Source of the DNA: Bellilinea caldifistulae
GTDB lineage: Bacteria; Chloroflexota; Anaerolineae; Anaerolineales; Anaerolineaceae
Assembly (NCBI RefSeq): GCF_001306055.1
Contig: NZ_LGHJ01000014.1
Span: 90,001-122,000, forward strand
Direction: 5' to 3'
Length of the DNA: 32,000 bases
Shown: positions 1 to 9,290 of the stretch, in pieces
Numbering within the stretch: the first letter of the stretch is position 1
How the letters are laid out: every line of letters starts with the position of its first letter
Made by a program: the position numbers and the translations under genes
Notes under the pieces: model-generated
Databases searched by the model: none
Told to the model about the DNA's origin: nothing
Seen by the model: the letters and a program-made list of their open reading frames with translations, nothing else

Positions 1-1107
1 CAGGCTGCCTTGCGTTCCGGTAATCTGATGGTCAGCCAGCAGCCCCAACCGGCGGATGCCTTCATCATCGCCGTGCCGACCCCATTTTATGCGGATAAAC
101 GTGCCGATATGCGAGCCGTCCAGTCGGCCAGTGAAGCGATTGTTCCACACCTGCGCAGGGGCAATCTGGTCATTTTGGAGTCCACCTCGCCGCCATTGAC
201 GACCGTTAATCTGGTGGCTCCAATATTGGAAAAGAGCGGCTTGAAGGCCGGAGAGGATTTCTTTCTGGCTTACTCACCGGAGCGGGTGCTGCCCGGCCAG
301 ATATTACGCGAGTTAATCGAGAATGCGCGGATTATCGGTGGAATCAACCCCGAATCGGCAGAGGCTGGGCGGGATTTATATTCCATTTTTGTGCGCGGGG
401 AGATCATCCTCACCGATGCAACCACCGCCGAAATGGTGAAGTTGATGGAAAATACCTATCGGGATGTGAATATTGCCATTGCCAATGAATTTTCCCGTCT
501 GGCAGATCGTTTTGGGGTGGATGTGTGGGAAGCGATTCGTCTGGCCAACCGCCATCCGCGGGTCAACATTCTTTCACCGGGGCCGGGAGTGGGCGGGCAT
601 TGCATCAGCGTGGACCCATGGTTTTTGGTGGAGGCTGCCCCGGACCTGACACCGCTCATTCGTACGGCTCGCAAAGTCAATGACGACCAGCCGCATTTTG
701 TGGTGCAACTGGTACAGCGGATTCTGGGCGATGTGAACGGACGCCCCATTGCAGCGCTGGGACTGGCTTATAAGCCCAATGTGGATGATCTGCGCGAAAG
801 CCCGGCCATTGAAGTCGTGCATTTGTTGCAATCGGCCGGCGCCAGAGTTTTTGCTTACGAACCGTATAAAACCGATTATGCTTTCAATGGGGTGGCCAGC
901 ACAACCTCTTTGATCGAAGCCATTCAGGAGGCAGAGCTGCTGGTTTTGCTGGTTGCCCATGACCAGTTCAAGACACTTGATCCGCGGCAGGTTGCCGAAA
1001 TGACGAAAGCACGGGTGGTGCTGGATGCGGTCAATGCCTGGAAAGCGCACGAGTGGCAGGCGGCTGGTTTTCAGGTTTTTCGATTGGGAGCAGGTCAAAC
1101 CCGATGA
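1..1107 (+). CDS. wecC: UDP-N-acetyl-D-mannosamine / UDP-sugar 6-dehydrogenase family, 5'-truncated by the window edge
   Basis: Frame 1 is open from base 1. The product carries UDP-glucose/GDP-mannose dehydrogenase-family sequence (AFIIAVPTPF, MVKLMENTYRDVNIA, GPGVGGHCIS, GLAYKPNVDDLRESPA). The stop overlaps the wecB start (ATGA at 1104-1107). Confidence 0.85.
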   Translation, partial: QAALRSGNLMVSQQPQPADAFIIAVPTPFYADKRADMRAVQSASEAIVPHLRRGNLVILESTSPPLTTVNLVAPILEKSGLKAGEDFFLAYSPERVLPGQILRELIENARIIGGINPESAEAGRDLYSIFVRGEIILTDATTAEMVKLMENTYRDVNIAIANEFSRLADRFGVDVWEAIRLANRHPRVNILSPGPGVGGHCISVDPWFLVEAAPDLTPLIRTARKVNDDQPHFVVQLVQRILGDVNGRPIAALGLAYKPNVDDLRESPAIEVVHLLQSAGARVFAYEPYKTDYAFNGVASTTSLIEAIQEAELLVLLVAHDQFKTLDPRQVAEMTKARVVLDAVNAWKAHEWQAAGFQVFRLGAGQTR

Positions 1108-2249
1108 CTCGAAAATTACGCGTGGTTTCGATTTTCGGCACCCGCCCGGAGGCGGTTAAAATGGCGCCAGTGGTTCAGGCTTTGGCCAGGACGCCGGAAA
1201 TTGATTCGCGGGTGATTGTCACTGCCCAACACCGCCAGATGCTGGATCAGGTGCTGGATTTGTTTGGCATTCGGCCGGATTACGACCTGAATCTGATGCA
1301 GCCCAATCAAACCCTGGCGCAGTTGACAGCAGCCATCTTCACCCATCTTGACCCCGTGCTCCGCCATCTCCAGCCGGACTGGATGCTGGTTCAGGGTGAT
1401 ACCACCACTGTTATGGCAGCCGCCCTGTTGGGGTATTACCAACGGATTAAGGTGGGACATGTCGAAGCCGGTTTGCGTTCCGGTGACCGCTGGCAACCTT
1501 TTCCGGAGGAGGTCAACCGGCGGGTTGCCAGCGTGGTTGCGGATTTGCACCTTGCTCCAACCCGGCACAGTCGTCAAAATCTGCTGCGCGAAGGGGTCGA
1601 GGAATGGCGGATTGTTGTTACCGGTAACCCGGTCATTGATGCGTTGAATGAGATTGTGCGCCGGCCGATGCCGGCGGAAGCAGGCCAGATTCTTGACCGC
1701 TATCAGATTGGCCGGCAGGGCAGGCAACTGGTGCTGGTTACCGCTCATCGGCGCGAGAATTTTGGAGAACCGCTGGAAGCAATCTGCTGCGCCTTGAAGC
1801 AGCTGTCTGAGCGGTATAAGGATAAAATCCAGATCATTTATCCGGTGCACCTGAATCCGAATGTTCAAGAGCCGGTTTACCGCCTGCTCGATGGAGTGGC
1901 GAACATTGCCCTGTTGCCGCCGCTGGAGTATCTGACGATGGTGCATTTGCTGCAAGCCGCCCGTCTGGTGTTGACCGATTCGGGTGGTATTCAAGAAGAG
2001 GCCACAGGTTTGGGCAAGCCCACTCTGGTCCTGCGCAATACCACCGAACGGCCCGAAGGGGTGGAGGCTGGGGTGTTGAAACTGGTCGGTTGGCAGACCG
2101 AGCGGATTGTTGCAGAGGCCAGCCGCCTTTTGGAGGATGAAAACGCCTATCAGGCAATGGTCAAGGCAGAAAATCCGTTTGGGGATGGGCGGGCTGCTGA
2201 ACGGATTGTGGATGCCGTGCTGAATTTTTTGGAACCCAGAGGCAGATGA
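1104..2249 (+). CDS. wecB: UDP-N-acetylglucosamine 2-epimerase (non-hydrolysing)
   Basis: Typical WecB/MnaA sequence: VVSIFGTRPEAVKMAPV, VQGDTTT, HVEAGLRS, PEEVNRR, TDSGGIQEEA, FGDGRAAERI. I chose the ATG at 1104 (ATGA overlap with the wecC stop) rather than the upstream ORF-track start at 1053. Confidence 0.9.
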   Translation: MTRKLRVVSIFGTRPEAVKMAPVVQALARTPEIDSRVIVTAQHRQMLDQVLDLFGIRPDYDLNLMQPNQTLAQLTAAIFTHLDPVLRHLQPDWMLVQGDTTTVMAAALLGYYQRIKVGHVEAGLRSGDRWQPFPEEVNRRVASVVADLHLAPTRHSRQNLLREGVEEWRIVVTGNPVIDALNEIVRRPMPAEAGQILDRYQIGRQGRQLVLVTAHRRENFGEPLEAICCALKQLSERYKDKIQIIYPVHLNPNVQEPVYRLLDGVANIALLPPLEYLTMVHLLQAARLVLTDSGGIQEEATGLGKPTLVLRNTTERPEGVEAGVLKLVGWQTERIVAEASRLLEDENAYQAMVKAENPFGDGRAAERIVDAVLNFLEPRGR

Positions 2250-3274
2250 ACGGCGGCAGCATTTGCCTGCTCCCTCGGATTCAGGCGCTGGCCGGCCCGG
2301 CCTCGTTTTCGACACGCTTCAAAACCGGAATGGCAAGGCTGGGGTTTGAGATTCACCATGATCCCAACCGAAGCGATACACAGGCAATTTTGATCATTGC
2401 CGGAACGCGCCACATTCAACCCATCCTTCAGGCTCGCCGACGGGGTGTGCGGGTTGTGCAGCGCCTGAATGGAATCAACTGGATTCACCGTTACCGCAAG
2501 ACCGGTTGGCGGCATTTTGTGCGGGCTGAGGCCGGTAATTTCCTTCTTGCGTTTACTCGTCGTTTCCTGGCTGATTATGTGGTCTATCAAAGTCACTTTG
2601 CTCGAAACTGGTGGGAACGTCAATATGGAAAAACGCCGGTTGAAAATACGGTGATCTGGAACGGGGTGGATTTGAGCGAATTTTCTCCGAATGGGGAAGA
2701 ACGCCCGCCTTCGGATCGGGTAAGAGTGCAGGTTGTGGAGGGTCATTTAAAGGGGGGATTTGAAATCGGTTTAGAAATTGCGGCTGGTTTTGGGGCGGCC
2801 CTTCGGCAAAGGGTCAACCTGCCGGTAGAAATGGTGATTACCGGCGATGTGAACCCGACCGATGCCAGCCGACTGGTACAAAGGTATCCGAATTTATGGA
2901 TGAGTTTAACGGGGGTAGTCCCGCCCCGGCAAATTCCGGCCCTGAACCGGCAGGCGCACCTTTTTCTTTCCACCGACTTACACGCCGCCTGTCCCAATTC
3001 GGCGATCGAGGCGCTGGCCTGTGGCACACCGGTGGCTGCTTTTGCGACCGGCGCATTACCCGAGCTGATTATGGGCGACAGCGGGAGGGTGGTAGATTAC
3101 GGAAACGATCCATGGCGTGCAGAGTTGCCCCGCTTTGAACCTTTGGCGGATGCGGTTCTGGAAATCATTCGGGATCAGGTCAGATTCCGGCGGACTGCCC
3201 GACTGGTGGCGGAGGAATATTTCGATCTTGACAAAATGTGTTTGGCCTATCGTCAGGCGCTTTTACCTTCCTGA
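2246..3274 (+). CDS. GT-B fold glycosyltransferase (GT4-like)
   Basis: The ATG at 2246 overlaps the wecB stop (ATGA). The C-terminal half has the GT1/GT4 nucleotide-sugar binding signature (PNSAIEALACGTPVAA). It sits directly after the UDP-ManNAc(A) synthesis genes. Confidence 0.75.
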   Translation: MNGGSICLLPRIQALAGPASFSTRFKTGMARLGFEIHHDPNRSDTQAILIIAGTRHIQPILQARRRGVRVVQRLNGINWIHRYRKTGWRHFVRAEAGNFLLAFTRRFLADYVVYQSHFARNWWERQYGKTPVENTVIWNGVDLSEFSPNGEERPPSDRVRVQVVEGHLKGGFEIGLEIAAGFGAALRQRVNLPVEMVITGDVNPTDASRLVQRYPNLWMSLTGVVPPRQIPALNRQAHLFLSTDLHAACPNSAIEALACGTPVAAFATGALPELIMGDSGRVVDYGNDPWRAELPRFEPLADAVLEIIRDQVRFRRTARLVAEEYFDLDKMCLAYRQALLPS

Positions 3275-3312
3275 TCACCCGATTGGATGACCCAAGAACA
3301 GGATATTCGTCC

Positions 3313-3340
3313 TTGAAAAAAGTTTGAAAGGAGGTATGAT
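3313..3340 (+). promoter_or_regulatory. Candidate sigma-70 promoter for the DoxX gene
   Basis: TTGAAA (3313-3318), 16-nt spacer, TATGAT (3335-3340), in the AT-rich gap about 50 nt upstream of the 3392 start. A second TTGAAA at 3324 gives an alternative register. Confidence 0.25.
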
Positions 3341-3391
3341 ATTAATTAGGATAATCTCATCCAATTTATCGTGTTACGAAAGGATTGAATA

Positions 3392-3976
3392 ATGACCACT
3401 GCATCACGTTCCCAAAATGTGATTGGTATCAATGATCCCCCGGCGGCTCAAGCACTCTTCGGCAGTCCGCAATGGGCCTGGTTGTGGTTGATTGCCCGTT
3501 TGTATGTTGGCTATACCTGGTTAACCTCGGGATGGGGAAAACTTTCCAATCCCGCCTGGGTGCAAACTGGTGAAGCGCTGAAAGGTTTTTGGGAACGGGC
3601 TGTGCTTGTGCCCGAGCCACCCGCACGCCCTGCCATTGCTTTTGACTGGTACCGTGCCTTTATCCAATTCCTTTTGGATGCCGGGGCTTACACCTGGTTT
3701 GCCAAACTGGTGGTCGCAGGTGAAATTCTAATTGGGATTGCTCTGCTTCTGGGATTATTCACTGGTATTGCTGCCTTCTTTGGCGGTTTTATGAACTGGA
3801 ATTTTATGATGGCAGGAACAGCCAGCATCAATCCAGTGTTGTTCACCCTTTCCATTTTCCTCATTCTCGCGTGGAAAAATGCTGGCTGGTGGGGGCTTGA
3901 CCGATTTGTGCTACCCCTGTTGGGGACTCCCTGGCAGCCGGGTCGCATTTTCTCCCCAAAAGAGGTGGAAGCGTAA
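3392..3976 (+). CDS. DoxX/DoxD-like integral membrane protein
   Basis: 194 aa with about four hydrophobic helices. The N-terminal WLWLIARLYVGYTWLTSGWGKL segment and overall layout resemble the DoxX family. An AAAGGA RBS lies 8 nt upstream of the ATG. Confidence 0.6.
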   Translation: MTTASRSQNVIGINDPPAAQALFGSPQWAWLWLIARLYVGYTWLTSGWGKLSNPAWVQTGEALKGFWERAVLVPEPPARPAIAFDWYRAFIQFLLDAGAYTWFAKLVVAGEILIGIALLLGLFTGIAAFFGGFMNWNFMMAGTASINPVLFTLSIFLILAWKNAGWWGLDRFVLPLLGTPWQPGRIFSPKEVEA

Positions 3977-4043
3977 GACTGGATTGACCAATATGCCGAA
4001 AAACAGCGGTCTGCTAGAAGGATGGCCGCTGTTTGTTTTCCTA

Positions 4044-4553
4044 TCATAAATCGCGCAGTAAAAGATTCTGCGTACCCCGGGCGATTTCCCATGGATAGAC
4101 GATGTAGGCATCGGTGATAGCGGCGTAGTAATCCGGGCGGGCAGTGCCGAAGAGATTGCGGTAAGGGTTGAAGTGCAGGACGCAGGTGTAGGGTACCCCT
4201 GCGGCGGCGGTGATGCGGTTCTTCACCGCGGTGATCGTCCGCCCTGATCCCCACACATCATCCACCACCAGAATGCGCCTGCCGCGCAGCAAATTATTTT
4301 CCGGGAATTGCAGGAATTTTGGCCATGCCAGCCAGCGGGTTTTCTCTTTGTCGTGTTCCTGCTCCATCTCGGCAGGAAAGTCCACCGAGGCGGTCAGGAT
4401 AATGCTCAATTTGAGCGCTTCGGCCAGCATTCCGCCGGGAATAATTCCGCCATGGGTGATCATCACCATGGCGTCAAATTCCACTTCAAATTGGGGGATG
4501 AGATGATCAATCAGTTTATCAACGTCGTTCCAGGTTAACACTTCACGGCGCAT
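4044..4553 (-). CDS. Phosphoribosyltransferase (type I PRTase, purine/xanthine-guanine PRT-like)
   Basis: PRPP-binding loop RRILVVDDVWGSGRTITAV. The 169-aa size is typical of small PRTases. Confidence 0.75.
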   Translation of the reverse strand: MRREVLTWNDVDKLIDHLIPQFEVEFDAMVMITHGGIIPGGMLAEALKLSIILTASVDFPAEMEQEHDKEKTRWLAWPKFLQFPENNLLRGRRILVVDDVWGSGRTITAVKNRITAAAGVPYTCVLHFNPYRNLFGTARPDYYAAITDAYIVYPWEIARGTQNLLLRDL

Positions 4554-4619
4554 GAAAATAATCCCTTCGGCAGGTGGGCAAGTAGTATTTTTGAATGATT
4601 AAAAACAAATTATAGCAGG

Positions 4620-6203
4620 TTATTGCCTCAAATAGGCCTGCCAGGCACAAACTCGATTGCGCCCATTTTGCTTGGCAAGGTACAGGGCACGGTCTGCGCG
4701 GTGGAATAAATCGTCAACATTCAGACAGTCCTCATCCATCTGGGCAACCCCCAGGCTGATGGTCACCTGAATGGCTGTATGGCCGACAAAGGTGGTACAT
4801 TCCTCGGCCGAGCGGCGCAACCGTTCAGCCACTTCAAGCGCATTTTGCACATTGGTTTCCGGAAGGAGGATCACAAATTCCTCGCCCCCATAACGACCGA
4901 TGCTGTCGCTGGCACGGATTTGAGAACGCAGGCACTGACTGAGACGCATCAGAACCTGATCACCAGCGGTGTGTCCGAGACGGTCGTTGACGTTCTTGAA
5001 CAAATCAATGTCAATCATAACCAAAGAAAGATCACCGCCATAGCGTTGGGAGCGGCGCATTTCGATTTCGGCCAGTTCGTAAAAATAACGCCGGTTGTAA
5101 AAGCCGGTCAATCCGTCTGTGATGGCGTATTGCTGAACCTGTTGAAAGAGGCGGGCATTCTCAATTGCAATGGCCGCCTGATTGGCAAACGTCTGGCCCA
5201 GTTCGGCTTCGTTGCCGCCGTAAACGCTGCTGTTGGCGTTGTAAATACTCAGGTAGCCGATCACCTGTCCATGTCCGAGCATGGGAATGCCCAGCCAGGC
5301 TTTACCGCAATTCAGATCGCCTAATTCCTGAAAAGGACGGTAGAGTTCTGCGTCATCCAGATAGAGCGGGTAACGGTTCCGATTGATGGCCTCAAATTGT
5401 GGGTTGCGGGCGGAAATTCGCCTGCCGATGTAATCGTCATTGTTGGCAAAGCCAGCGGCTGCTGCGATCTCCAATTCATCCTTATCTGCCAGGAACAGGA
5501 AGGCACGGTCGTAGGGAATGAGCATCTTCAGGTATTCCATGACCTGAGAAAGAACCTGACGCAGGTTCAGCACCGATGTAAAAGCAGTCATTGCCTGACG
5601 TAAGAGCTCAATTTTGGAGCGTTGCTCTTCTTCGGCTTGCTGTTTGAGTTTTTGGTGGGTGATATCGCGGATAATGTTCAGTAAATAGCGGTGTGAAAGA
5701 CGAACATAATCGGCCTGAACCCATTTTTCTTCACCTGTGGTGCGCAGACGGGTGAGCGTTTCAATTCTTTTTGGTTTACCGGTGCGGAAAACCTGATAGA
5801 TAATCTCGCTTACCTGTGGTTCATGGGAAAAGAAATCTTCCACGGTGATACCGGTAAAATCTTTGATGCGTCCCAAAGACATTTCGACGGCTGCCTGATT
5901 GAATAACATCAGGCGGATTTCCCCCTGTTCGTCCCTGCGCCAGATGAGGATCGGATCGGGCAGGGCAAGAAAGTTCTGGCGAAAAATCAGGTCCGTTTCG
6001 GTGGGGTGACCGTTCCCATTTTGCAGACGACTGAGTTCCCGGCGTAATTTCCGGTTGAGGCGCAACAAATATCGGGAGCGTCGGTTGTGGCGTGAATCTT
6101 GGTAAACCATTCCCCACCGAGAGGACGGCTGGATTAAGCGGGACAGGCGCGCTTTATTGGGAGTGAGATTGGTTGAATCGTTCGTGTTGCTGGAATCTGC
6201 CAT
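4620..6203 (-). CDS. PAS-GAF-GGDEF diguanylate cyclase
   Basis: C-terminal GGDEF domain with an active-site GGEEF (RYGGEEFVILLPE) and an RxxD I-site five residues upstream (RASD). A central GAF-like region and an N-terminal PAS-like region are present. Confidence 0.9.
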   Translation of the reverse strand: MADSSNTNDSTNLTPNKARLSRLIQPSSRWGMVYQDSRHNRRSRYLLRLNRKLRRELSRLQNGNGHPTETDLIFRQNFLALPDPILIWRRDEQGEIRLMLFNQAAVEMSLGRIKDFTGITVEDFFSHEPQVSEIIYQVFRTGKPKRIETLTRLRTTGEEKWVQADYVRLSHRYLLNIIRDITHQKLKQQAEEEQRSKIELLRQAMTAFTSVLNLRQVLSQVMEYLKMLIPYDRAFLFLADKDELEIAAAAGFANNDDYIGRRISARNPQFEAINRNRYPLYLDDAELYRPFQELGDLNCGKAWLGIPMLGHGQVIGYLSIYNANSSVYGGNEAELGQTFANQAAIAIENARLFQQVQQYAITDGLTGFYNRRYFYELAEIEMRRSQRYGGDLSLVMIDIDLFKNVNDRLGHTAGDQVLMRLSQCLRSQIRASDSIGRYGGEEFVILLPETNVQNALEVAERLRRSAEECTTFVGHTAIQVTISLGVAQMDEDCLNVDDLFHRADRALYLAKQNGRNRVCAWQAYLRQ

Positions 6204-6329
6204 CGGTTCGATGATTACCTCCCCTATGCAATACCGACGAGCAGCGAAGAAAGGGTGATAATGCTAATCCTGATTGCATTATACCCAATTCTTGCCAGCA
6301 ATACATCTATCTAAATATTAAAATTTTCC

Positions 6330-7082
6330 TCAAATTTCCAGCCGGATGTGCTCCATCCGCCTGAACACCGGCGAGCGGGCAGTATCTCCCCACGTGCTCA
6401 CCCAGCCCATCCTGCGCAGCAACGAACGCAGGAGGTGATCCGCAAAAAACAAAACAGTTCGCCGCGGTTGAGCATACACGGGCAGGGTTTTCTTGTCCAG
6501 CAATGCTTTGCGAAGATCGGCAGGGGTGTAGCCCTCGAAGTATGTGCGGGCATGTCCGATATTCCAACCCACGTGTGAGTCGCTACACCCAACCGCGGCC
6601 AGCCCCAACCGTTGAGCCAAGCGAGCGGCGCGTAAATTGCTGCCACGGTAAAACAGGCTGGCGTTCAAACTTTCAATCCCCAGTAAAGTTTGCTGGCCAA
6701 TTTCCGTTTCCAGCGCACGGCGGATAGCCGTTTCGTTCAGGCTGTGAGCGCCAACCGCCAGCGGATGGGCGGCAATAGCCACCCCACCGGCTTCGTGGAC
6801 GCGCTGGAGTGTTTCGAATAAGGGCCGGCCGGCAGGAATAAGCGTGCGCACGAACAGAGTCAGCAGGTGCCCTGCGGCGGTGGATACTTCAATGCCCGGG
6901 ATGACCTTCTGGTCATATTGAACGCCGATGGCTTCCGCCCGTAGCGCGCCTTGAATTTCATCGTGATCGGTTATGGCAATCAGGTCCAACCCGGCACGGC
7001 GGGCATGTTTTAACACGGCTTCGATAGTGGCCGTACCATCGTAACTGTATGTCGTGTGAATATGTAAATCAGCCTGTCCCAT
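6330..7082 (-). CDS. PHP-domain metal-dependent phosphoesterase
   Basis: N-terminal DLHIHTTYSYDG and IAITDHD motifs, plus later His/Asp ligands (AAHPL, CSDSH). Confidence 0.8.
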   Translation of the reverse strand: MGQADLHIHTTYSYDGTATIEAVLKHARRAGLDLIAITDHDEIQGALRAEAIGVQYDQKVIPGIEVSTAAGHLLTLFVRTLIPAGRPLFETLQRVHEAGGVAIAAHPLAVGAHSLNETAIRRALETEIGQQTLLGIESLNASLFYRGSNLRAARLAQRLGLAAVGCSDSHVGWNIGHARTYFEGYTPADLRKALLDKKTLPVYAQPRRTVLFFADHLLRSLLRRMGWVSTWGDTARSPVFRRMEHIRLEI

Positions 7083-7182
7083 GTTCCCTTGCTACCTTTT
7101 TTATCAGTATTCCCAAAGGTATTATGAGGGAGGAAGGTTAAGGCCGGTTCAAAAACGGTTTAAGGATTGGTTGTGATCCTGT

Positions 7183-7222
7183 AAAATTGCAGATTGACCG
7201 CTGTCTGGCGGTCAATCTGCAA
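7183..7222 (-). terminator. Intrinsic terminator after the 7249-8664 gene
   Basis: Perfect 15-bp stem: TTGCAGATTGACCGC (7187-7201) pairs with GCGGTCAATCTGCAA (7208-7222), with a 6-nt loop. On the minus strand it is followed by TTTT and begins about 27 nt after the stop codon. Confidence 0.7.
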
Positions 7223-7248
7223 AATCTTCGGGTTGTATTGGCAGATTT

Positions 7249-8664
7249 TCAGGCGGGGTTCTCTTCGGTTGTGATTGAGGGGCGCTGGCGGGCGGACTGA
7301 AAAGCGAACCAGATAGCGCCTAAGCCGATCAGGGTAGCCAGCAAGCCGATTAACCATCCAAAAACCGGAATGGCCCGTAGAATCACATAAATCAACACAC
7401 CGCTTAATAAGGCCCACAGGCGCGGGTTTTTTGCCTGAGGAGCGATTTGCCGCACGAGGAGTTGCCCGATCCAGAAGGAGGCAACCAGTTTACTGCCATA
7501 CGCTACCAGCAGGGTAAAGGAAGCCAGGAAGACTGCCAGCCCTGAAAATCCGATGCCGAAAATGGCATTGCTCAGACCGCCCAGAGTTATCAGACTGAAT
7601 AAGATGCCGACACCGAAAATCAACGCCCCGGCCAGAAGCACCCCGGCGTAACCGCCCAACAAGCTCAGCAGACCCACCCCTGTGGATGCAAGCGGTTGAC
7701 GGTTGGCCTCGTCCACTGTTCGCTGGAAGAAGTTCGGCAGCAGCCATAAAACTAAACCGCCTAACAGCAGCAGTGTGATCAGATTGCGCAAGAGGTTGAC
7801 CACGGTTTTTACAACGGGCATGGCAAAAAAGCCGCGAGGTGGTTGAGAGATGGATGGTTTTCGGGCTGCTTCGTTCGGTACGGGGGTCTGGTAAATAATC
7901 TGTCCGCCAGGTCGTCCTTGAATAGCCGGGGATTGGTCGGTTGGGCTGGTGTATTTCAAGTCGCCGCCAATGACAGCCTGAGGAGAGACGCGCATACCGG
8001 GGCGAATAGCCGGCGGTAAAGCAGGTTGAAAGGTGAGAAACCAGCTGCCGGTTTCTCCACCTTCAGGAGAGGACACCTCGGCTACAACATCTCCGCCGAT
8101 TGTACCGTTGATTTCCAACGCGCCAGCCGAGACTCTCAAATTGCGCTTAATCTCACCATTCAGGATTGCCTGATACACCCCCATAAAAGCATCCGTGTTC
8201 ACGGTGGAACCGGCCAGGCTTTCCAGACTGTAACCGCCGTAGTACACATTCCGCCCGATTTTTGCGTTGTTGCCAATCAGCAGGGCGGTGCTGCCGCCAA
8301 ATAAACTTCCCCCAACACTTCCACGCACCTCCGCATAACGAGCCGCCCCAAAAAGATTGCCGGTTACTTTTCCACCTTCGGACAGGATGACATCCGTGCC
8401 GAACATGAACAGGTCACCGTTGATGGTGCCGTTGACGATCACACGGTTGCCGGCAGCGATGACTGTGCCGTTGACTGTGCCATCCAGAATGACATTGTTC
8501 CCCGTAATGAGCAGGTCGTCATTGACGGTTTCATTGGCCGGTAGGCTTCCGTCATCGTCAATGACCGTTGCCTCCACCGGTCGAACAAATAAAAACATCG
8601 AGATGAGTAAGAGCGCAAAGAAGGTTGCCGCTCCGGCCCAATATTTTCGCTGATTCGCATTCAT
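7249..8664 (-). CDS. Hypothetical membrane protein: signal/anchor, exported beta-helical (bactofilin-like) repeat domain and a C-terminal polytopic membrane domain
   Basis: N-terminal hydrophobic segment ending VRPVEA. It is followed by about 170 aa of degenerate repeats (GNNVILDGTVNGTVIAAGNRVIVNGTINGDLFMFGTDVIL...). A Pro-rich linker and about five hydrophobic helices complete the protein. No enzyme motif is recognisable. Confidence 0.6.
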   Translation of the reverse strand: MNANQRKYWAGAATFFALLLISMFLFVRPVEATVIDDDGSLPANETVNDDLLITGNNVILDGTVNGTVIAAGNRVIVNGTINGDLFMFGTDVILSEGGKVTGNLFGAARYAEVRGSVGGSLFGGSTALLIGNNAKIGRNVYYGGYSLESLAGSTVNTDAFMGVYQAILNGEIKRNLRVSAGALEINGTIGGDVVAEVSSPEGGETGSWFLTFQPALPPAIRPGMRVSPQAVIGGDLKYTSPTDQSPAIQGRPGGQIIYQTPVPNEAARKPSISQPPRGFFAMPVVKTVVNLLRNLITLLLLGGLVLWLLPNFFQRTVDEANRQPLASTGVGLLSLLGGYAGVLLAGALIFGVGILFSLITLGGLSNAIFGIGFSGLAVFLASFTLLVAYGSKLVASFWIGQLLVRQIAPQAKNPRLWALLSGVLIYVILRAIPVFGWLIGLLATLIGLGAIWFAFQSARQRPSITTEENPA

Positions 8665-8830
8665 TTCAATACTCCTTTTTCAAGCGACGAGTCACTCTAC
8701 TTACGTGAATATACCTTGCCGGGTTGCGGTAATGGTAAAGATTAAACGAACGTTAACACTTGTCTTTTTCCCAAGTGGAAGGTTGGCCTGGATATTCCAG
8801 ATCGCTATGAATTAAGAAGGATCGCCCGAA

Positions 8831-8871
8831 ATTTCCAAACTTCAACCAGCCCGTTTGGGGGCTGGTTGAAG
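8831..8871 (-). terminator. Intrinsic terminator ending the AOR operon
   Basis: 12-bp stem: CTTCAACCAGCC (8840-8851) pairs with GGCTGGTTGAAG (8860-8871). On the minus strand it is followed by TTTGGAAATTT and lies about 30 nt after the 8904 stop. Confidence 0.65.
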
Positions 8872-8903
8872 TTGTGTGTAACCATCTCTATACAGGCAGG
8901 GGA

Positions 8904-9290
8904 TTATGATGTGGGTTGGTCTTTACTGTAAGCGTGATGCAGCCCCATCTGGTCGGTTTCGATGATGGCTTTTTGCATTTCCTGAATCATGGTAACGCCG
9001 TGACGGTATTGGAACGGCCACATTGAACGTAAATGGAAGAAAGCCACCCGGTCACCATCCTGCAGGGGATGATCCAGATCCGGCTGCAAGCCGGGCATCG
9101 CGCTCAACTGCCCGTTGATAAAGGTGATGCCGCGCTCCTCGGTGCGCATACCCAGCACATCCAGTAAATCCCGTAATCGAGATCCTTCCGGTAAAGCCAC
9201 TTTACAGTTGGCGAAGACGCGCTCTTTAGGATTTCCGCCGAAGCGGGCCAGTTCGCCATATAACCAGGTATCTACAATGATGTTGTTCAC
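8904..9290 (-). CDS. MoaD/ThiS-like beta-grasp protein with no Gly-Gly at the usual C-terminal position and a ~40-aa C-terminal extension
   Basis: Paralogous by eye to the adjacent MoaD (ALPEGSRLRDLLDVL vs ELPEGSTLRDLINHL; FINGQ...LQDGDRVAFF vs FINAR...LNDGDEAGIF). It continues HLRSMWPFQYRH... where the GG would be. GTG start at 9290, with the SD GGAGGTG formed by the upstream gene's GGG codons. Confidence 0.6.
   Translation of the reverse strand: MNNIIVDTWLYGELARFGGNPKERVFANCKVALPEGSRLRDLLDVLGMRTEERGITFINGQLSAMPGLQPDLDHPLQDGDRVAFFHLRSMWPFQYRHGVTMIQEMQKAIIETDQMGLHHAYSKDQPTS

Noticed and set aside
1116-2315. 399-aa minus-strand ORF covering the whole wecB gene. Similar antisense ORFs lie at 574-1098 and 2150-2746.
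   Set aside because: These are mirror ORFs opposite strongly recognisable genes. Their products are low-complexity and rich in Pro, Gly, Arg and Gln, with no motifs and no RBS. This is a typical GC-rich antisense artefact.
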